Source: the human T2T-CHM13v2.0 reference genome, Homo sapiens
Reading direction: 5' to 3' (one strand)
DNA: 64,000 bases
Assembly: GCF_009914755.1 (NCBI RefSeq)
Contig: NC_060938.1
Part shown: one piece after another, positions 24,501 through 38,700 of the stretch
Layout of the letters: each line of letters opens with the position of its first letter
Position numbering within the stretch: the stretch's first letter is position 1
Program-made: the position numbers and the translations under genes
Notes under the pieces: generated by a model
What the model was told of the DNA's origin: nothing
Seen by the model: only the letters and a program-made list of their open reading frames with translations
Database searches by the model: none

Positions 24501-27500
24501 AGCTGCATGCATATATCCCAAAGAAGATTCTGAGATTGCTTCTGTCTAGTTTTTATGGGAAGATATTTCCCTTTTCACCGTAGGCGTCAAGGCGCTCCAA
24601 ATGTCCACTTCCAGATACTACAAAAAGAGTGTTTCAAACCTACTCTGTGAAAGGGAATATTCAACTCTGTGACTTGAATGCACATATCACAAGGAAGTTT
24701 CTGAGAATGCTTCTGTCGAGATTTTATATGAAGATATTCCCGTTTCCAACGAAATCCTGAAATGTATCCAAATATCCCCTTGCAGATTCTACAAAAAGAG
24801 TGTTTCAAAACTGCTCTGTAAAAAGAAAGGTTCAACTCTGTTAGTTGAGTACACACATCACAAACAAGTTTCACACAATGCTTCTTTCTAGCTTGTAGGG
24901 GAAGATATTCCCTTTATCACCATGGGCCTCAAACCGTCCGATAAGTCCACTTCCATATACTACAAAAAGAGCGTTTCAAACCTGCTCTATGAAAGGCAAT
25001 GTTCAACTCTGTGACTTGAATGCAGACATCACAGAGCAGTTTCTGAGAATGCTTCTGTCTAGATTTTATAGGAAGATATTCCCGTTTCCAACGAAATCTT
25101 CACAGCTATCCAAATATCCACTTGCAGATTCTACAAAAAGAGTGTATCAAAACTGCTCTGTCAAAAGGAAGGTTCTTTTCTGTTAGGTGAGTGCATACGT
25201 CATAAAGGAGTTTCTGAGAATGTTTCTGTCTAGTGGTTATGGGAAGATATTTGCTTTTTCACCGTAGGCCTCAGAGCGCTCCAAATATCCACTTGCACAT
25301 ACTACAAAAAGAGTGCCTCAAAGCTGCTCTCTGAAACGGAATGTTCAACTCTATGAGTTGAATGCAAACATCGCAAAGACGTTTCTGAGAATGCTTCTGT
25401 CTAGATTTGATATGAAGATATTCCCGTTTCCAACGAAATCTTCAAATCTATCCAAATGTCCACTTGCAGATTCAACAAAAAGTGTTTTTCAGAACTGCTC
25501 TATCAAAAGAAAGATCCACCTCTGTTAGCTGAGTTCACACATCACAAACAAGTTTATGAGAATGCTTCTGTCTAGTTTTTATTTGAAGATATTTCCTTTC
25601 TCACCATAGAGCTGAAAGCTGTCCTAATGTTCACTTCCAGATACTACAGAAAGAGTGTTTCAAAACTGCTGTACGAAAGGGAATGTTCAACTCTGTGACT
25701 TGAATGCACACATCACAAAGAAGTTTCTGAGGATGCTGCTGTCTACTTTTTATACGTAATCCCGTTTCCAACGAAATCCTCCAAGCTATCCAAATATCCA
25801 CTTGCAGATTCCACAGAAAGACTGTTTCAAAACTGCTCTGTCAATAGAAAGGTTCAACTCTGTTAGCTGCGTGCATATATCCCAAAGAAGATTCTGAGAT
25901 TGCTTCTGTCTAGTTTTTATGGGAAGATATTTCCCTTTTCACCGTAGGCGTCAAGGCGCTCCAAATGTCCACTTCCAGATACTACAAAAAGAGTGTTTCA
26001 AACCTACTCTGTGAAAGGGAATATTCAACTCTGTGACTTGAATGCACATATCACAAAGAAGTTTCTGAGAATGCTTCTGTCGAGATTTTATATGAAGATA
26101 TTCCCGTTTCCAACGAAATCCTGAAATCTATCCAAATATCCCCTCGCAGATTCTACAAAAAGAGTGTTTCAAAACTGCTCTGTGAAAAGAAAGGTTCAAC
26201 TCTGTTAGTTGAGTACACACATCACAAACAAGTTTCACAGAATGCTTCTTTCTAGCTCGTAGGGGAAGATATTCCCTTTATCACCATGGGCCTCCAACCG
26301 TCCGAAACATCCACTTCCATATACTACAAAAAGAGCGTTTCAAACCTGCTCTATGAAAGGCAATGTTCAACTCTGTGACTTGAATGCAGACATCACAGAG
26401 CAGTTTCTGAGAATGCTTCTGTCTAGATTTTATAGGAAGATATTCCCGTTTCCAACGAAATCTTCACAGCTATCCAAATATCCACTTGCAGATTCTACAA
26501 AAAGAGTGCATCAAAACTGCTCTGTCAAAAGGAAGGTTCTTCTCTGTTAGGTGAGTGCATACGTCATAAAGGAGTTTCTGAGAATGTTTCTGTCTAGTGG
26601 TTATGGGAAGATATTTGCTTTTTCACCGTAGGCCTCAGAGCGCTCCAAATATCCACTTGCACATACTACAAAAAGAGTGCCTCAAAGCTGCTCTCTGAAA
26701 CGGAATGTTCAACTCTATGAGTTGAATGCAAACATCACAAAGACGTTTCTGAGAATGCTTCTGTCTAGATTTGATATGAAGATATTCCCGTTTCCAACGA
26801 AATCTTCAAATCTATCCAAATGTCCACTTGCAGATTCAACAAAAAGTGTTTTTCAGAACTGCTCTATCAAAAGAAAGATCCACCTCTGTTAGCTGAGTTC
26901 ACACATCACAAACAAGTTTATGAGAATGCTTCTGTCTAGTTTTTATTTGAAGATATTTCCTTTCTCACCATAGAGCTGAAAGCTGTCCTAATGTTCACTT
27001 CCAGATACTACAGAAAGAGTGTTTCAAAACTGCTGTACGAAAGGGAATGTTCAACTCTGTGACTTGAATGCACACATCACAAAGAAGTTTCTGAGGATGC
27101 TGCTGTCTACTTTTTATACGTAATCCCGTTTCCAACGAAATCCTCCAAGCTATCCAAATATCCACTTGCAGATTCCACAGAAAGACTGTTTCAAAACTGC
27201 TCTGTCAATAGAAAGGTTCAACTCTGTTAGCTGCATGCATATATCCCAAAGAAGATTCTGAGATTGCTTCTGTCTAGTTTTTATGGGAAGATATTTCCCT
27301 TTTCACCGTAGGCGTCAAGGCGCTCCAAATGTCCACTTCCAGATACTACAAAAAGAGTGTTTCAAACCTACTCTGTGAAAGGGAATATTCAACTCTGTGA
27401 CTTGAATGCACATATCACAAGGAAGTTTCTGAGAATGCTTCTGTCGAGATTTTATATGAAGATATTCCCGTTTCCAACGAAATCCTGAAATCTATCCAAA

Positions 27501-30500
27501 TATCCCCTTGCAGATTCTACAAAAAGAGTGTTTCAAAACTGCTCTGTAAAAAGAAAGGTTCAACTCTGTTAGTTGAGTACACACATCACAAACAAGTTTC
27601 ACACAATGCTTCTTTCTAGCTTGTAGGGGAAGATATTCCCTTTATCACCATGGGCCTCAAACCGTCCGATAAGTCCACTTCCATATACTACAAAAAGAGC
27701 GTTTCAAACCTGCTCTATGAAAGGCAATGTTCAACTCTGTGACTTGAATGCAGACATCACAGAGCAGTTTCTGAGAATGCTTCTGTCTAGATTTTATAGG
27801 AAGATATTCCCGTTTCCAACGAAATCTTCACAGCTATCCAAATATCCACTTGCAGATTCTACAAAAAGAGTGTATCAAAACTGCTCTGTCAAAAGGAAGG
27901 TTCTTTTCTGTTAGGTGAGTGCATACGTCATAAAGGAGTTTCTGAGAATGTTTCTGTCTAGTGGTTATGGGAAGATATTTGCTTTTTCACCGTAGGCCTC
28001 AGAGCGCTCCAAATATCCACTTGCACATACTACAAAAAGAGTGCCTCAAAGCTGCTCTCTGAAACGGAATGTTCAACTCTATGAGTTGAATGCAAACATC
28101 GCAAAGACGTTTCTGAGAATGCTTCTGTCTAGATTTGATATGAAGATATTCCCGTTTCCAACGAAATCTTCAAATCTATCCAAATGTCCACTTGCAGATT
28201 CAACAAAAAGTGTTTTTCAGAACTGCTCTATCAAAAGAAAGATCCACCTCTGTTAGCTGAGTTCACACATCACAAACAAGTTTATGAGAATGCTTCTGTC
28301 TAGTTTTTATTTGAAGATATTTCCTTTCTCACCATAGAGCTGAAAGCTGTCCTAATGTTCACTTCCAGATACTACAGAAAGAGTGTTTCAAAACTGCTGT
28401 ACGAAAGGGAATGTTCAACTATGTGACTTGAATGCACACATCACAAAGAAGTTTCTGAGGATGCTGCTGTCTACTTTTTATACGTAATCCCGTTTCCAAC
28501 GAAATCCTCCAAGCTATCCAAATATCCACTTGCAGATTCCACAGAAAGACTGTTTCAAAACTGCTCTGTCAATAGAAAGGTTCAACTCTGTTAGCTGCGT
28601 GCATATATCCCAAAGAAGATTCTGAGATTGCTTCTGTCTAGTTTTTATGGGAAGATATTTCCCTTTTCACCGTAGGTGTCAAGGCGCTCCAAATGTCCAC
28701 TTCCAGATACTACAAAAAGAGTGTTTCAAACCTACTCTGTGAAAGGGAATATTCAACTCTGTGACTTGAATGCACATATCACAAAGAAGTTTCTGAGAAT
28801 GCTTCTGTCGAGATTTTATATGAAGATATTCCCGTTTCCAACGAAATGCTGAAATCTATCCAAATATCCCCTCGCAGATTCTACAAAAAGAGTGTTTCAA
28901 AACTGCTCTGTGAAAAGAAAGGTTCAACTCTGTTAGTTGAGTACACACATCACAAACAAGTTTCACAGAATGCTTCTTTCTAGCTTGTAGGGGAAGATAT
29001 TCCCTTTATCACCATGGGCCTCCAACCGTCCGAAACATCCACTTCCATATACTACAAAAAGAGCGTTTCAAACCTGCTCTATGAAAGGCAATGTTCAACT
29101 CTGTGACTTGAATGCAGACATCACAGAGCAGTTTCTGAGAATGCTTCTGTCTAGATTTTATAGGAAGATATTCCCGTTTCCAACGAAATCTTCACAGCTA
29201 TCCAAATATCCACTTGCAGATTCTACAAAAAGAGTGTATCAAAACTGCTCTGTCAAAAGGAAGGTTCTTCTCTGTTAGGTGAGTGCATACGTCATAAAGG
29301 AGTTTCTGAGAATGTTTCTGTCTAGTGGTTATGGGAAGATATTTGCTTTTTCACCGTAGGCCTCAGAGCGCTCCAAATATCCACTTGCACATACTACAAA
29401 AAGAGTGCTTCAAAGCTGCTCTCTGAAACGGAATGTTCAACTCTATGAGTTGAATGCAAACATCACAAAGACGTTTCTGAGAATGCTTCTGTCTAGATTT
29501 GATATGAAGATATTCCCGTTTCCAACGAAATCTTCAAATCTATCCAAATGTCCACTTGCAGATTCAACAAAAAGTGTTTTTCAGAACTGCTCTATCAAAA
29601 GAAAGATCCACCTCTGTTAGCTGAGTTCACACATCACAAACAAGTTTATGAGAATGCTTCTGTCTAGTTTTTATTTGAAGATATTTCCTTTCTCACCATA
29701 GAGCTGAAAGCTGTCCTAATGTTCACTTCCAGATACTACAGAAAGAGTGTTTCAAAACTGCTGTACGAAAGGGAATGTTCAACTCTGTGACTTGAATGCA
29801 CACATCACAAAGAAGTTTCTGAGGATGCTGCTGTCTACTTTTTATACGTAATCCCGTTTCCAACGAAATCCTCCAAGCTATCCAAATATCCACTTGCAGA
29901 TTCCACAGAAAGACTGTTTCAAAACTGCTCTGTCAATAGAAAGGTTCAACTCTGTTAGCTGCATGCATATATCCCAAAGAAGATTCTGAGATTGCTTCTG
30001 TCTAGTTTTTATGGGAAGATATTTCCCTTTTCACCGTAGGCATCAAGGCGCTCCAAATGTCCACTTCCAGATACTACAAAAAGAGTGTTTCAAACCTACT
30101 CTGTGAAAGGGAATATTCAACTCTGTGACTTGAATGCACATATCACAAGGAAGTTTCTGAGAATGCTTCTGTCGAGATTTTATATGAAGATATTCCCGTT
30201 TCCAACGAAATCCTGAAATGTATCCAAATATCCCCTTGCAGATTCTACAAAAAGAGTGTTTCAAAACTGCTCTGTAAAAAGAAAGGTTCAACTCTGTTAG
30301 TTGAGTACACACATCACAAACAAGTTTCACACAATGCTTCTTTCTAGCTTGTAGGGGAAGATATTCCCTTTATCACCATGGGCCTCAAACCGTCCGATAA
30401 GTCCACTTCCATATACTACAAAAAGAGCGTTTCAAACCTGCTCTATGAAAGGCAATGTTCAACTCTGTGACTTGAATGCAGACATCACAGAGCAGTTTCT

Positions 30501-32736
30501 GAGAATGCTTCTGTCTAGATTTTATAGGAAGATATTCCCGTTTCCAACGAAATCTTCACAGCTATCCAAATATCCACTTGCAGATTCTACAAAAAGAGTG
30601 TATCAAAACTGCTCTGTCAAAAGGAAGGTTCTTTTCTGTTAGGTGAGTGCATACGTCATAAAGGAGTTTCTGAGAATGTTTCTGTCTAGTGGTTATGGGA
30701 AGATATTTGCTTTTTCACCGTAGGCCTCAGAGCGCTCCAAATATCCACTTGCACATACTACAAAAAGAGTGCCTCAAAGCTGCTCTCTGAAACGGAATGT
30801 TCAACTCTATGAGTTGAATGCAAACATCGCAAAGACGTTTCTGAGAATGCTTCTGTCTAGATTTGATATGAAGATATTCCCGTTTCCAACGAAATCTTCA
30901 AATCTATCCAAATGTCCACTTGCAGATTCAACAAAAAGTGTTTTTCAGAACTGCTCTATCAAAAGAAAGATCCACCTCTGTTAGCTGAGTTCACACATCA
31001 CAAACAAGTTTATGAGAATGCTTCTGTCTAGTTTTTATTTGAAGATATTTCCTTTCTCACCATAGAGCTGAAAGCTGTCCTAATGTTCACTTCCAGATAC
31101 TACAGAAAGAGTGTTTCAAAACTGCTGTACGAAAGGGAATGTTCAACTATGTGACTTGAATGCACACATCACAAAGAAGTTTCTGAGGATGCTGCTGTCT
31201 ACTTTTTATACGTAATCCCGTTTCCAACGAAATCCTCCAAGCTATCCAAATATCCACTTGCAGATTCCACAGAAAGACTGTTTCAAAACTGCTCTGTCAA
31301 TAGAAAGGTTCAACTCTGTTAGCTGCGTGCATATATCCCAAAGAAGATTCTGAGATTGTTTCTGTCTAGTTTTTATGGGAAGATATTTCCCTTTTCACCG
31401 TAGGCGTCAAGGCGCTCCAAATGTCCACTTCCAGATACTACAAAAAGAGTGTTTCAAACCTACTCTGTGAAAGGGAATATTCAACTCTGTGACTTGAATG
31501 CACATATCACAAAGAAGTTTCTGAGAATGCTTCTGTCGAGATTTTATATGAAGATATTCCCGTTTCCAACGAAATGCTGAAATCTATCCAAATATCCCCT
31601 CGCAGATTCGACAAAAAGAGTGTTTCAAAACTGCTCTGTGAAAAGAAAGGTTCAACTCTGTTAGTTGAGTACACACATCACAAACAAGTTTCACAGAATG
31701 CTTCTTTCTAGCTTGTAGGGGAAGATATTCCCTTTATCACCATGGGCCTCCAACCGTCCGAAACATCCACTTCCACATACTACAAAAAGAGCGTTTCAAA
31801 CCTGCTCTATGAAAGGCAATGTTCAACTCTGTGACTTGAATGCAGACATCACAGAGCAGTTTCTGAGAATGCTTCTGTCTAGATTTTATAGGAAGATATT
31901 CCCGTTTCCAACGAAATCTTCACAGCTATCCAAATATCCACTTGCAGATTCTACAAAAAGAGTGTATCAAAACTGCTCTGTCAAAAGGAAGGTTCTTCTC
32001 TGTTAGGTGAGTGCATACGTCATAAAGGAGTTTCTGAGAATGTTTCTGTCTAGTGGTTATGGGAAGATATTTGCTTTTTCACCGTAGGCCTCAGAGCGCT
32101 CCAAATATCCACTTGCACATACTACAAAAAGAGTGCTTCAAAGCTGCTCTCTGAAACGGAATGTTCAACTCTATGAGTTGAATGCAAACATCACAAAGAC
32201 GTTTCTGAGAATGCTTCTGTCTAGATTTGATATGAAGATATTCCCGTTTCCAACGAAATCTTCAAATCTATCCAAATGTCCACTTGCAGATTCAACAAAA
32301 AGTGTTTTTCAGAACTGCTCTATCAAAAGAAAGATCCACCTCTGTTAGCTGAGTTCACACATCACAAACAAGTTTATGAGAATGCTTCTGTCTAGTTTTT
32401 ATTTGAAGATATTTCCTTTCTCACCATAGAGCTGAAAGCTGTCCTAATGTTCACTTCCAGATACTACAGAAAGAGTGTTTCAAAACTGCTGTACGAAAGG
32501 GAATGTTCAACTCTGTGACTTGAATGCACACATCACAAAGAAGTTTCTGAGGATGCTGCTGTCTACTTTTTATACGTAATCCCGTTTCCAACGAAATCCT
32601 CCAAGCTATCCAAATATCCACTTGCAGATTCCACAGAAAGACTGTTTCAAAACTGCTCTGTCAATAGAAAGGTTCAACTCTGTTAGCTGCATGCATATAT
32701 CCCAAAGAAGATTCTGAGATTGCTTCTGTCTAGTTT

Positions 32737-35700
32737 TTATGGGAAGATATTTCCCTTTTCACCGTAGGCGTCAAGGCGCTCCAAATGTCCACTTCCAGAT
32801 ACTACAAAAAGAGTGTTTCAAACCTACTCTGTGAAAGGGAATATTCAACTCTGTGACTTGAATGCACATATCACAAGGAAGTTTCTGAGAATGCTTCTGT
32901 CGAGATTTTATATGAAGATATTCCCGTTTCCAACGAAATCCTGAAATGTATCCAAATATCCCCTTGCAGATTCTACAAAAAGAGTGTTTCAAAACTGCTC
33001 TGTAAAAAGAAAGGTTCAACTCTGTTAGTTGAGTACACACATCACAAACAAGTTTCACACAATGCTTCTTTCTAGCTTGTAGGGGAAGATATTCCCTTTA
33101 TCACCATGGGCCTCAAACCGTCCGATAAGTCCACTTCCATATACTACAAAAAGAGCGTTTCAAACCTGCTCTATGAAAGGCAATGTTCAACTCTGTGACT
33201 TGAATGCAGACATCACAGAGCAGTTTCTGAGAATGCTTCTGTCTAGATTTTATAGGAAGATATTCCCGTTTCCAACGAAATCTTCACAGCTATCCAAATA
33301 TCCACTTGCAGATTCTACAAAAAGAGTGTATCAAAACTGCTCTGTCAAAAGGAAGGTTCTTCTCTGTTAGGTGAGTGCATACGTCATAAAGGAGTTTCTG
33401 AGAATGTTTCTGTCTAGTGGTTATGGGAAGATATTTGCTTTTTCACCGTAGGCCTCAGAGCGCTCCAAATATCCACTTGCACATACTACAAAAAGAGTGC
33501 CTCAAAGCTGCTCTCTGAAACGGAATGTTCAACTCTATGAGTTGAATGCAAACATCGCAAAGACGTTTCTGAGAATGCTTCTGTCTAGATTTGATATGAA
33601 GATATTCCCGTTTCCAACGAAATGTTCAAATCTATCCAATTGTCCACTTGCAGATTCAACAAAAAGTGTTTTTCAGAACTGCTCTATCAAAAGAAAGATC
33701 CACCTCTGTTAGCTGAGTTCACACATCACAAACAAGTTTATGAGAATGCTTCTGTCTAGTTTTTATTTGAAGATATTTCCTTTCTCACCATAGAGCTGAA
33801 AGCTGTCCTAATGTTCACTTCCAGATACTACAGAAAGAGTGTTTCAAAACTGCTGTACGAAAGGGAATGTTCAACTCTGTGACTTGAATGCACACATCAC
33901 AAAGAAGTTTCTGAGGATGCTGCTGTCTACTTTTTATACGTAATCCCGTTTCCAACGAAATCCTCCAAGCTATCCAAATATCCACTTGCAGATTCCACAG
34001 AAAGACTGTTTCAAAACTGCTCTGTCAATAGAAAGGTTCAACTCTGCTAGCTGCGTGCATATATCCCAAAGAAGATTCTGAGATTGCTTCTGTCTAGTTT
34101 TTATGGGAAGATATTTCCCTTTTCACCGTAGGCGTCAAGGCGCTCCAAATGTCCACTTCCAGATACTACAAAAAGAGTGTTTCAAACCTACTCTGTGAAA
34201 GGGAATATTCAACTCTGTGACTTGAATGCACATATCACAAAGAAGTTTCTGAGAATGCTTCTGTCGAGATTTTATATGAAGATATTCCCGTTTCCAACGA
34301 AATGCTGAAATCTATCCAAATATCCCCTCGCAGATTCTACAAAAAGAGTGTTTCAAAACTGCTCTGTGAAAAGAAAGGTTCAACTCTGTTAGTTGAGTAC
34401 ACACATCACAAACAAGTTTCACAGAATGCTTCTTTCTAGCTTGTAGGGGAAGATATTCCCTTTATCACCATGGGCCTCCAACCGTCCGAAACATCCACTT
34501 CCATATACTACAAAAAGAGCGTTTCAAACCTGCTCTATGAAAGGCAATGTTCAACTCTGTGACTTGAATGCAGACATCACAGAGCAGTTTCTGAGAATGC
34601 TTCTGTCTAGATTTTATAGGAAGATATTCCCGTTTCCAACGAAATCTTCACAGCTATCCAAATATCCACTTGCAGATTCTACAAAAAGAGTGTATCAAAA
34701 CTGCTCTGTCAAAAGGAAGGTTCTTCTCTGTTAGGTGAGTGCATACGTCATAAAGGAGTTTCTGAGAATGTTTCTGTCTAGTGGTTATGGGAAGATATTT
34801 GCTTTTTCACCGTAGGCCTCAGAGCGCTCCAAATATCCACTTGCACATACTACAAAAAGAGTGCTTCAAAGCTGCTCTCTGAAACGGAATGTTCAACTCT
34901 ATGAGTTGAATGCAAACATCACAAAGACGTTTCTGAGAATGCTTCTGTCTAGATTTGATATGAAGATATTCCCGTTTCCAACGAAATCTTCAAATCTATC
35001 CAAATGTCCACTTGCAGATTCAACAAAAAGTGTTTTTCAGAACTGCTCTATCAAAAGAAAGATCCACCTCTGTTAGCTGAGTTCACACATCACAAACAAG
35101 TTTATGAGAATGCTTCTGTCTAGTTTTTATTTGAAGATATTTCCTTTCTCACCATAGAGCTGAAAGCTGTCCTAATGTTCACTTCCAGATACTACAGAAA
35201 GAGTGTTTCAAAACTGCTGTACGAAAGGGAATGTTCAACTCTGTGACTTGAATGCACACATCACAAAGAAGTTTCTGAGGATGCTGCTGTCTACTTTTTA
35301 TACGTAATCCCGTTTCCAACGAAATCCTCCAAGCTATCCAAATATCCACTTGCAGATTCCACAGAAAGACTGTTTCTAAACTGCTCTGTCAATAGAAAGG
35401 TTCAACTCTGTTAGCTGCATGCATATATCCCAAAGAAGATTCTGAGATTGCTTCTGTCTAGTTTTTATGGGAAGATATTTCCCTTTTCACCGTAGGCGTC
35501 AAGGCGCTCCAAATGTCCACTTCCAGATACTACAAAAAGAGTGTTTCAAACCTACTCTGTGAAAGGGAATATTCAACTCTGTGACTTGAATGCACATATC
35601 ACAAGGAAGTTTCTGAGAATGCTTCTGTCGAGATTTTATATGAAGATATTCCCGTTTCCAACGAAATCCTGAAATCTATCCAAATATCCCCTTGCAGATT

Positions 35701-38700
35701 CTACAAAAAGAGTGTTTCAAAACTGCTCTGTAAAAAGAAAGGTTCAACTCTGTTAGTTGAGTACACACATCACAAACAAGTTTCACACAATGCTTCTTTC
35801 TAGCTTGTAGGGGAAGATATTCCCTTTATCACCATGGGCCTCAAACCGTCCGATAAGTCCACTTCCATATACTACAAAAAGAGCGTTTCAAACCTGCTCT
35901 ATGAAAGGCAATGTTCAACTCTGTGACTTGAATGCAGACATCACAGAGCAGTTTCTGAGAATGCTTCTGTCTAGATTTTATAGGAAGATATTCCCGTTTC
36001 CAACGAAATCTTCACAGCTATCCAAATATCCACTTGCAGATTCTACAAAAAGAGTGTATCAAAACTGCTCTGTCAAAAGGAAGGTTCTTTTCTGTTAGGT
36101 GAGTGCATACGTCATAAAGGAGTTTCTGAGAATGTTTCTGTCTAGTGGTTATGGGAAGATATTTGCTTTTTCACCGTAGGCCTCAGAGCGCTCCAAATAT
36201 CCACTTGCACATACTACAAAAAGAGTGCCTCAAAGCTGCTCTCTGAAACGGAATGTTCAACTCTATGAGTTGAATGCAAACATCGCAAAGACGTTTCTGA
36301 GAATGCTTCTGTCTAGATTTGATATGAAGATATTCCCGTTTCCAACGAAATCTTCAAATCTATCCAAATGTCCACTTGCAGATTCAACAAAAAGTGTTTT
36401 TCAGAACTGCTCTATCAAAAGAAAGATCCACCTCTGTTAGCTGAGTTCACACATCACAAACAAGTTTATGAGAATGCTTCTGTCTAGTTTTTATTTGAAG
36501 ATATTTCCTTTCTCACCATAGAGCTGAAAGCTGTCCTAATGTTCACTTCCAGATACTACAGAAAGAGTGTTTCAAAACTGCTGTACGAAAGGGAATGTTC
36601 AACTCTGTGACTTGAATGCACACATCACAAAGAAGTTTCTGAGGATGCTGCTGTCTACTTTTTATACGTAATCCCGTTTCCAACGAAATCCTCCAAGCTA
36701 TCCAAATATCCACTTGCAGATTCCACAGAAAGACTGTTTCAAAACTGCTCTGTCAATAGAAAGGTTCAACTCTGTTAGCTGCGTGCATATATCCCAAAGA
36801 AGATTCTGAGATTGCTTCTGTCTAGTTTTTATGGGAAGATATTTCCCTTTTCACCGTAGGCGTCAAGGCGCTCCAAATGTCCACTTCCAGATACTACAAA
36901 AAGAGTGTTTCAAACCTACTCTGTGAAAGGGAATATTCAACTCTGTGACTTGAATGCACATATCACAAGGAAGTTTCTGAGAATGCTTCTGTCGAGATTT
37001 TATATGAAGATATTCCCGTTTCCAACGAAATCCTGAAATGTATCCAAATATCCCCTTGCAGATTCTACAAAAAGAGTGTTTCAAAACTGCTCTGTAAAAA
37101 GAAAGGTTCAACTCTGTTAGTTGAGTACACACATCACAAACAAGTTTCACACAATGCTTCTTTCTAGCTTGTAGGGGAAGATATTCCCTTTATCACCATG
37201 GGCCTCAAACCGTCCGATAAGTCCACTTCCATATACTACAAAAAGAGCGTTTCAAACCTGCTCTATGAAAGGCAATGTTCAACTCTGTGACTTGAATGCA
37301 GACATCACAGAGCAGTTTCTGAGAATGCTTCTGTCTAGATTTTATAGGAAGATATTCCCGTTTCCAACGAAATCTTCACAGCTATCCAAATATCCACTTG
37401 CAGATTCTACAAAAAGAGTGTATCAAAACTGCTCTGTCAAAAGGAAGGTTCTTCTCTGTTAGGTGAGTGCATACGTCATAAAGGAGTTTCTGAGAATGTT
37501 TCTGTCTAGTGGTTATGGGAAGATATTTGCTTTTTCACCGTAGGCCTCAGAGCGCTCCAAATATCCACTTGCACATACTACAAAAAGAGTGCCTCAAAGC
37601 TGCTCTCTGAAACGGAATGTTCAACTCTATGAGTTGAATGCAAACATCGCAAAGACGTTTCTGAGAATGCTTCTGTCTAGATTTGATATGAAGATATTCC
37701 CGTTTCCAACGAAATGTTCAAATCTATCCAATTGTCCACTTGCAGATTCAACAAAAAGTGTTTTTCAGAACTGCTCTATCAAAAGAAAGATCCACCTCTG
37801 TTAGCTGAGTTCACACATCACAAACAAGTTTATGAGAATGCTTCTGTCTAGTTTTTATTTGAAGATATTTCCTTTCTCACCATAGAGCTGAAAGCTGTCC
37901 TAATGTTCACTTCCAGATACTACAGAAAGAGTGTTTCAAAACTGCTGTACGAAAGGGAATGTTCAACTCTGTGACTTGAATGCACACATCACAAAGAAGT
38001 TTCTGAGGATGCTGCTGTCTACTTTTTATACGTAATCCCGTTTCCAACGAAATCCTCCAAGCTATCCAAATATCCACTTGCAGATTCCACAGAAAGACTG
38101 TTTCAAAACTGCTCTGTCAATAGAAAGGTTCAACTCTGCTAGCTGCGTGCATATATCCCAAAGAAGATTCTGAGATTGCTTCTGTCTAGTTTTTATGGGA
38201 AGATATTTCCCTTTTCACCGTAGGCGTCAAGGCGCTCCAAATGTCCACTTCCAGATACTACAAAAAGAGTGTTTCAAACCTACTCTGTGAAAGGGAATAT
38301 TCAACTCTGTGACTTGAATGCACATATCACAAAGAAGTTTCTGAGAATGCTTCTGTCGAGATTTTATATGAAGATATTCCCGTTTCCAACGAAATGCTGA
38401 AATCTATCCAAATATCCCCTCGCAGATTCTACAAAAAGAGTGTTTCAAAACTGCTCTGTGAAAAGAAAGGTTCAACTCTGTTAGTTGAGTACACACATCA
38501 CAAACAAGTTTCACAGAATGCTTCTTTCTAGCTTGTAGGGGAAGATATTCCCTTTATCACCATGGGCCTCCAACCGTCCGAAACATCCACTTCCATATAC
38601 TACAAAAAGAGCGTTTCAAACCTGCTCTATGAAAGGCAATGTTCAACTCTGTGACTTGAATGCAGACATCACAGAGCAGTTTCTGAGAATGCTTCTGTCT

